Shown here piece after piece: positions 55,091 to 62,761 of a DNA stretch of 62,761 bases. A program made the translations under genes and the position numbers. This DNA is from Chrysochromulina tobinii (Eukaryota): assembly GCA_001275005.1 (NCBI GenBank), contig JWZX01002709.1, positions 1-62,761 of the forward strand. Reading direction: 5' to 3'. The notes under the pieces are model-generated. The model was not told where the DNA came from. It saw nothing but the letters and a program-made list of their open reading frames with translations, and did not search any database. Numbering within the stretch: the stretch's first letter is position 1; the number at the start of each line of letters is the position of its first letter.

Positions 55091-55599
55091 TGAGCGTCAC
55101 ATAGGAGCGCCGTGACGAGCGCGCCGCGGCCACTTGAGGGAGGAGACGCAGCACTCGGCCTCACTGGCCACTGGCACACTGCCCGCTCCCACGTCCCGGC
55201 GACTACCCATACGAATACCAGCAACTATAGGATCTTTAGTTGGCCTTGTTCTCCCACCGCTTTAAGTTTTTAGTACCGTACTGGTGTAACCATGTTCGAA
55301 ATATGTCTTTCGCGTTCCGTTCACCCGGACCGTAGAGAAGCAATCTCTAACGCCGCGGCAGCGACCATACATTCGAGATATGTGCACACGTAACCAGCAT
55401 GCCCCTCGCCCTGCTCCCCTCTTGTTACGCTTACGGCCTTGCCCCAGATCCCGAGTGTTCGAGCACCGCCGCCTTCCCCAACCCCATGCCAGAGACTTGG
55501 GAGGTTTTCCCTTCGGGGCCAGTCCTTATACTTTACTCTTAAGGAGGCAGTTACGAAGATAGGTGGCAGCTATAAGTAAGTTCTGAAGTAACTGCTTGC

Positions 55600-56637
55600 A
55601 TGCAACGTGAATATCCGTGCATGAAGAAATCCGTGCAGACGCGCGCGGCCGCGCGCGCCGCCCGCGCCGCGCCGTCCTTCTCGACATCTATGAAGGAAGA
55701 AGCACGCGATCCGCGCCACTCTGCCGCGGTGGAGCCTACCAGACTTCTGTTCTTCGAGCTCGGTGAAGACGAGCTGCTGCACATCACTCGATTTGTGCCG
55801 GCATACGAGCGCGTTCACAAGCTGCGGCTGGTCTCGCACGCGATGGCCGGCCTCGTTCGCACCGTCGGCCTGCGCCATCTGGTGCTTCAGGACACCTGTA
55901 CCGATCCCCCCCGCTGGCTGAGCGATGGGCTCGTCCTTTCGGTAGGCTGGCTCCGGAAGAAGCCGATGACGCCCACCTCCACTGCCGCCGCAAATCTCCG
56001 CTCCGGAGCGGACAAATTCGTCGACCCGCGGCTCGCGCAGTACGAGGTCTTCCGGCCGCAGGTGCTCACGCTGGCTCCCTTGCTGAGCGTGATCGAACAC
56101 CCGGCGCGTACCCTGCCCTTCGCCAAGCCCTACTCCCAGATGCTCCCCAGTGTGAAGACCATCTACTTCGCGAGCTATTCCGACGTGTCGAACTGTTCTA
56201 CACGCGTCTGCCCTTTGGGGCGCATCCCAGCCAGCTTCACGTATGCGCAAGTGCTTTCCGAGATGCGCAGCTGGACACCGCCCGAGGCCGCATTAGCACA
56301 GCTCGGGGAGCGCGCGCCACCCGATCACCTCGCCCTCATGGTACCGGTTTCCGAACTTGGCTGCCGCTGCGGCCAGCCGTCGCAGTTCAAGTGCGCGAGC
56401 GGCACATGCCTGACACAGTGCTGCGCCAAGTGCAGCCCCGCCTTTCGTGAGCTCGGCCCGTGCGGTGCATGCGAGGCGTACGTGTGCTATGGCCATAGCG
56501 CGGTATGCACCGAATGCGGCGAACGCTACTGCGTCGACTACTGCGAGGGCACGCTCTGCATGGCGAACATAGTTTTCTGCTCTTTCTGCTTGCAGCCTCT
56601 GTGCCAGGATTGCATCGCGCATCACGATTGCAAATGA
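55600..56637 (+). CDS. Hypothetical protein with F-box-like start and Cys-rich C-terminus
   Basis: LFFELGEDELLHITRFV resembles an F-box; about 20 Cys in CxxC pairs in the last 100 aa. Confidence 0.6.
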   Translation: MQREYPCMKKSVQTRAAARAARAAPSFSTSMKEEARDPRHSAAVEPTRLLFFELGEDELLHITRFVPAYERVHKLRLVSHAMAGLVRTVGLRHLVLQDTCTDPPRWLSDGLVLSVGWLRKKPMTPTSTAAANLRSGADKFVDPRLAQYEVFRPQVLTLAPLLSVIEHPARTLPFAKPYSQMLPSVKTIYFASYSDVSNCSTRVCPLGRIPASFTYAQVLSEMRSWTPPEAALAQLGERAPPDHLALMVPVSELGCRCGQPSQFKCASGTCLTQCCAKCSPAFRELGPCGACEAYVCYGHSAVCTECGERYCVDYCEGTLCMANIVFCSFCLQPLCQDCIAHHDCK

Positions 56638-57377
56638 CTGAGAGTGTCGGCAACCTACCGGTACATAAGTCCGATCTCATGGCCGGGGAGGGCGGTAGGG
56701 GGGCGGTAGGGGGGCGGCCATACTCTCCCGGTAGGGAGGCGGCCATACTCTCCCCCGCGGGGGACGTGAGGGTGGTCGTGACCAAGTGGTAGTGGCTCAT
56801 GTCGAGGTGGTGGTGCTCGTCGTGGCTGACCCTCTATGGGGGCCGGCCGCGCTCTCCCTACCTGTGGGGAAGGGTGCAGGGAGGGTTCAGTTTCGGTTCG
56901 TTGGTTCTTTGTTGCCGGTTCGTGAAAGTACATGTAGTTCGTTTAAGACATCTAGAGACAGATCATGAGCTCCGCGAGAGAGATCATGATTCATGTCTCC
57001 GATGCCGGCAGCACTCCCACCGTGGTGTCGATCCGAGCAGGACGTGATGTTGAAAAAAAGATGTGTGGGCGGCTTGCTTCTTCTTGATGTCGTCTGCCCG
57101 CGTGTGAATAGAGCGTGGCATGCGGTGTCGACCCCCCTCGTGGGTTCTGCTCCGCTGCGACTCGCGACGAAGTGCTGCGCCAGTTCAGTTCAGTTGCTGA
57201 ACTGAACTGAACTGAACTGCGCCACTTCGTTTGAGATTTTGAGCGGACTACCTCTCACTCGTCTGGAACCAAAACGGAAGCGCAAGCGCGCGCATGTACG
57301 CGCTTCAGTCCAAATTTGGTCTCAAAAACCCCGTTGCCAAATGCAGCGAATAAACCCCGCTGCGACCACACAAGAAA

Positions 57378-58964
57378 ATGCTGCTGCAGGTCCTGTCGCT
57401 TGTGCTGGGCGTGGCGCTTCAAGACAACGCGGCGCTGCAAACGAATGAGGCGCTCCACGCGCAGCCAGCGGCGGAGACTTCCGGCCGCGCAGAGGTCCTC
57501 GTCCTTGTCTCCGACCACGGGAGCGGCACGACCAACTTTGGGGACATTCTCAACACGCACCCGTGCATCCTGGACGTTGGCGAGCCCTTCGGTTCAGGGT
57601 ACATGCTGTGGACGACATACTCTCAACCCGCCGAATGCGCTGCGCAGAATCTAACCGATCACCCTGCCATGTTCGATGCGGACAACGGCAAGCTCGAGCA
57701 CGCCGACAATCCGAAGATGACGAGGGAGATCAACGATGTTCTCACGCGACAGGAGTGGAACAAAGGGGCGGATAAGGTCTACTATAACATTGACTCGCGC
57801 TCACTCTACGTGAACCTCACCTACAACCTCGCCGAGTACTTTGTGCGTATCCGCGACCTCGTCTGCGCCCACGTGCCCGCGTCAGCACGCGACTTGTGCC
57901 CGGCGGCAAACTGCTCGATCATGCTCAAGATGTTCCCCGTGTACGTCGACGGCGATACGGTGATCGATCACACCCCGAGTCCGGGCCACGCCGCATGCCA
58001 GGCCGCACAGAACGTCAAGGCGATGAAGGCCTGGAAGGACGCGCTGCACTCGTTTGAAATGGACCCGAAGGTGGCCACGTTGAACTTCGAGCGCAACGAG
58101 CTGGACAGGCAGTTCTCCAACTTTCACCGCTTCACATCGATTGGCACCGAGTTCGACTGCAGTTATCCACGGCCCACCCCGACGTTCGCCGTCGAGGCTC
58201 GTGGCCATACCCAACTCCAGCTGCAGGCCGAAAGCTGCTGGGCACACCCTCAAAAGTGCAGATTGCATCGATGGCCTCTGATTGCGTCTGATTGAATCTC
58301 CACCGAGCTCCTGTGATCGGGCTCTCGATGGCCTCTGATTGCGTCTGAGTGCGTCTGATTGCCTCCCTCATCAGGTGCATTAATGAGGCTCTCGATCTCA
58401 TCGGCCTCGACGCGCGGGCGATGCCTAATTCGAGTGAGTACATAGGCTTGCATGTGATTGAATTTGATTGCATGCGTGATTGCGTGCGCTGAGTGCATGA
58501 TGAGTGAATGTGCTCATCAGGTGAGTACATGGAAAAGTCGGCCTCTGAGGACGTCTGGTGGCTGCCTGATTGTGTCTGAGTGCTGCTGATTGCCTCCCTC
58601 ATCAGGTGAGTACATGGAAGAGTCGGCCACAGCTCATGCCCATCTGATTGCATGTGATTGCATGTGATTGCCTCCCTCATCAGGTGAGTACATGGAAGAG
58701 TCGGCCACAGCCCATGCCCATCTGGGCCCCGATAGCGGCAACTGCGAGACCAACCCCACAGGCACCTTCGTTCACACGAACGGCGATAACGTGGCGTTGG
58801 TCCCAGCTGATGCCACCTCGGTCCACCACCACTTGCTGCCGCCGCCTGCGCCGGCACCGCACTATTCCGCGCCGCCGCTGCCGCACCATGCTCCCCCTCC
58901 CCATGTTTTACCCCATGCTGAGGATAGCTTAGAGGATAGCGGCCTGCAGAGTCGTCATGCATAG
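57378..58964 (+). CDS. Secretory-pathway sulfotransferase-like protein, tandem copy 1, multi-exon
   Basis: Signal peptide; VLVSDHGSGTTNFGDILNTHP...GEPF resembles the 5'-PAPS-binding loop; ERNELDRQFS resembles the 3'-phosphate motif. Confidence 0.7.
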
Positions 58965-59277
58965 CAGCATGCATACCACCAGCGCGGACGAGGGGGCGAG
59001 CAATGGTTGCGTGATGTGTTCTCTTTAGACCACTAGACGCCTCGTTGACAATTGGTTTAGGATGAACTTCTCTTTGACCGGAGCCGACCGGACGTCTCAC
59101 CCGAAGAAGCGGCGGTGGACTCTTGGGTTTGGTGGTCTCTCTTTTCGCACCCGACCTCTGACCAAGACGCAGGACGCATGCTTGCGTGGCCCTCCGTCAC
59201 GCGCAACAGTACCAAATTAGGTCACAAAAACCCCGTTGCCAAATGCAGCGAAGAAACCCCGCTGCGAGTCGAGAAAA

Positions 59278-61494
59278 ATGCTGCTGCATTTCCTGTCGCT
59301 TGTGCTGGGCGTGGCGCTTCAAGACAACGCGGCGCTGCAAACGAATGAGGCGCTCCACGCGCAGCCGCTGCTCGCACCAACGGCGGAGCTGTCGACTTCC
59401 AGCCGCGCGGAGGTCCTCGTCCTCGTCTCCGACCACGGGAGCGGCACGACCAACTTTGGGGACATTCTCAACACGCACCCATGCATCCTGGACGTTGGCG
59501 AGCCCTTCGGTTCAGGGTACATGCTGTGGTCGACCTTTGCTACACCCGCTGAATGCGAGGACAAAACCCGTCACCCTGCCATGTTCGATGCGGACAACGG
59601 CAAGCTCGAGCACGCCGACAATCCGAAGATGACGAGGGAGATCAACGATGTTCTCACGCGACAGGAGTGGAACAAAGGGGCGGACAAGAAGCACTTCGAA
59701 ATTGACTCGCGCTCGCTCTACGAGCATCTCGAGTATAACCTCGCCGAGTACTTTGTGCGCATCCGCGACCTCGTCTGCGCCCACGTGCCGACCGACGTGT
59801 GCCCGGCGGCCGAGTGCTCGATCATGCTCAAGATGTTCCCCGTGTACGTCGACGGCGATACGGTGATCGATCACACCCCGAGTCCGGGTCACGCCGCATG
59901 CCAGGACGCACGGAACGTCAAGGCGATGAAGGCCTGGAAGGACGCGCTGCACTCGTTTGAGCAGGTGTGTGATATGAACATGCTGATTGCCGAGCTGATT
60001 GCGCCAGAGGACTCGATAGCGGTGATGACGAGCTGATTGCGCCAGAGGGCTTGATTGCTGTGATGACGAGCTGATTGCGCCAGAGGACTCGATAGCGGTG
60101 ATGACGAGCTGATTGCGCCTGAGGACTTGATTGCTGTGATGACGAGCTGATTGCGCCAGAGGACTTGATTGCTGTGATGACGAGCTGATTGCGCCTGAGG
60201 ACTTGATTGCTGTGATGACGAGCTGATTGCGCCAGAGGACTTGATTGCTGTGATGACGAGCTGATTGCGCCAGAGGACTTGATTGCTGTGATGACGAGCT
60301 GATGGCCAGCTCGAGCGCCCCTGTTGATCGTAGAAAGATTGTGCGTCTGAATTGCGCGATGCTGTCCGATGTCCCTTCTTATCGAATGGCCCTTTTCATC
60401 GAATGGCCCTTCTCATCGAATGGCCCTTCTCGTCCTCTCTCTCTCAGAACCCGAAGGTGGCCACGTTGAACTTCGAGCGCAAGGAGCTGGACAGGCAGTT
60501 CTCCAACTTTCACCGCTTCACACCGATTGGCACCGAGTTCGACTGCAGCTATCCACGGCCCACCCCGACCTTCGCCGTCGAGGCCGTCAAGCATACGCAA
60601 CTCCATCTGCAGGCCGAAACCTGCTGGGCACACCCTGAAAAGTGCATCTCCTGATTGTCTCCTGATTATCTCCCGGCCGAGCTCTCGACCGACCTGTCGA
60701 CGGCGGTCTGAGGGCGTCTGGTGGCTGTCTGATTGTGTCTGGCTGTCTGATTGTGTCTAAGTGCTGCTGATTGCTTCCCTCATCATCAGGTGCGTTGACG
60801 ACGCTCTGAAGCTCCTCGGCCTCAACGAGAAAGGGATGCCGAATTTGGGTGAGTCTCTGATTGCATGTGATTGCATGTGATTGCATGCTCTGAAGCTCCT
60901 CGGCCTCGACGAGAAAGGGATGCCGAATTTGGGTGAGTCTCTGATTGCATGTGATTGCATGTGATTGCATGTGATTGCATGCTCTGAAGCTCCTCGGCCT
61001 CGACGAGAAAGGGATGCCGAATTTGGGTGAGTATCTGATTGCATGTGATTGCATGTGATTGCATGCTCGAGTGGGATGCCGAATTTGGGTGAGTAGTACA
61101 TCTGATTGCATGGAATTGCATGCTGATTGTATGCTGAGTGAGTAGTACATCAAGCGTGCACCTGATTGCATTCGGATTGCATGCTGAGTGTATGCTGAGT
61201 GCACGCGATTTCTCGCTGATTGCATGTGTGTGGCATGTGATTGCCTGCCTCATCACAGAAAAGTACCTCGACGAGGGACGGCACAACCATCTGGCCCCCG
61301 ACAGTGGCAACTGCGACACCTACCCCAAAGGCACCTTTGTTCACACGCCCGGCGACCACGTGGCGTTGGTCCCAGCACATGCCACCTCGGTCCACCACCA
61401 CCTGCTGTCACCGCCTTCGCCGGCACCGCACCACGCTGTGCAGAGCAGCCATGCGAGTGTGCAGAGCAGCCTGCATCGCAGCGGCTTCCAATAA
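59278..61494 (+). CDS. Secretory-pathway sulfotransferase-like protein, tandem copy 2, multi-exon
   Basis: Long exon stretches identical to copy 1 and a similar upstream region; extra intron 59965-60447. Confidence 0.7.
59992..60300 (+). repeat. 38-bp minisatellite (~8 copies) inside the copy-2-specific intron
   Basis: Unit GAGCTGATTGCGCCAGAGGACTTGATTGCTGTGATGAC. Confidence 0.92.
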
Positions 61495-62509
61495 GGGAGG
61501 GGAGCTGCGGGTGACGATCTCGCGCTCGATCTCGATCTCGCGTGGAGCCCCAAAGTTGGGGCGCGCCGAGATGAGCGCGAGGCGCCTGCTGTGTCGAAGC
61601 TGAATGCAGAGTCTCGACGCAACGCCCAGGGTGCCCGCGACGGCGCCATCGGTGCCAAGACGGCATCGGCCGAGATGCCCAAGACGACGCTCTCTGAGGA
61701 GGAGCTGCGGCCGCCCACCACGTGCACCAACCACCCTTTGCTACGAAGTAACTTCGGACGTCTTTGACTCGGCTGCTTGAGATCGCTCTGAGATCGCAGT
61801 TCCACACGGGCGCCACTTTGCATGTCGTTACGGGCAGCAACGAACGAACGGGAAAACGCATGGGGGTAGGGAGGGGAAGAGGCCCGAGGGCGGTGCCCGC
61901 GACGACGCGTGGTTTGGTAAGGTTTGGTAGAGTGCCGCTGTACACAGCTTCCGAGCGTTTCGCTGTACAGCTCTGTAGGTAGCGAGTCCTCCGGTGTGGT
62001 TTAGAGAATTCTTCGGTTTATTCTGAGAGGGAGTCTGGGAGTTTTTGAAAATGTACGGTTCGTATCACAACATGTTGAGTCATGAGACATGACTTTATTT
62101 CTGACGCTGCGTGATGTCTGATGACGACGGTGTTCGGTTTAAGTTCGGTTCACAGGACCGCGCTGTCTCATGCGGCGCGCTCGCGTCCCCCTGCCCCCTC
62201 TCGTCTCTGCGCTCTCAGGCCGCACTCCGCTCCCCGTGCGCCCCCTGTCCGCGATCTGAAGCACCTCCGTCCCCAAGGCCGACTACAGAGGTACAGACCC
62301 ACGATGCAGTAGCCCTCTGTCATCATCACTCCCGCCCCCCCTCCGCCACGCCCTAATGTGCACGCCCCGCCTCGCCTCTGCCGCCTGGCCGCCCTCCGCG
62401 CTCGCGCTCCGCTCCCGCTCCTGCGCGCGCCCCCTGTCCGCGCTCTCATGCACCTCCCTCCTGACTGCACCCCAGCCACACACAGCGACCCTCATCATCA
62501 GCCCCCTGC

Positions 62510-62761
62510 TCACGCCGTCCATCTCATCAGGTGGTGTCCATGCAGGGACCTGGCAGCATCTTCCTCCTGTGAGAGCACCACTGCGCAGCGGCGCGTCTCA
62601 GGGTGCTCCGGCCCGAGGACGGTCCTCATGCGCTCGAGGGCCGCTTGCAGCGGGCTGAGCCCTCCGCCTGCCGCGCACTCGAGCCGGGCGTGGACGGCCT
62701 CGAGCATCAGCGTCGTGTCCACCGTCGGGCCCAGCGCCGCACGCGCCGTGCTGAGCACGCG
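62510..62761 (-). CDS. 3' end of a TPR-like protein running off the window edge
   Basis: RMRTVLGPEHPETR resembles the LGxxHPxT TPR motif; only ~80 aa visible. Confidence 0.4.
   Translation of the reverse strand, partial: RVLSTARAALGPTVDTTLMLEAVHARLECAAGGGLSPLQAALERMRTVLGPEHPETRRCAVVLSQEEDAARSLHGHHLMRWTA

Larger units (their letters stand above)
4884..61258. repeat. Dispersed intronic microsatellite family (CTGATTGCCT / CTGATGGCCT / CTGATGACCT / CTGATTGCAT) often ending CCCTCATCAG
   Basis: Dozens of tracts in introns of at least 10 genes, reading CTGAT on the sense strand of the host gene (ATCAG on + for minus-strand genes). Confidence 0.93.

Overview
GC-rich, gene-dense eukaryotic DNA with spliceosomal GT-AG introns; composition and gene content suggest an alga, probably a haptophyte (inference). 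About 25 protein-coding genes are supported, mostly housekeeping (FKBP, non-specific phospholipase C, PX/RMDN-like, YeeE/YedE, RING-vWA, CDF transporter, degenerate kinesin, SFT2, PDI, FAD monooxygenase, Tex/SRBD1, SRR1, TLC, FkbM-like, two tandem sulfotransferase-like genes). Two things stand out. (1) A set of long intronless modular genes built around NAD+/ADP-ribose chemistry: SAM-HET-ARM (8343-10628), macro-like+PARP (13827-16568), and HET-TPR-ANK-UIM-PARP (42300-~48331). The two PARP genes share a closely similar C-terminal cassette, the sensor repeats are near-identical with localised variable positions, and a frameshifted arginine-type ART remnant starts exactly at the stop codon of the largest gene. 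This looks like an NLR-like, effector-swapping defence system. (2) Many introns consist of strand-oriented CTGATTGCCT-type microsatellite ending in CCCTCATCAG plus duplicated copies of adjacent exon ends, and one intron is present in only one of two young tandem paralogs, pointing to active intron creation. Domain calls come from motif recognition by eye; no searches were run. No rRNA, tRNA or CRISPR array was seen.
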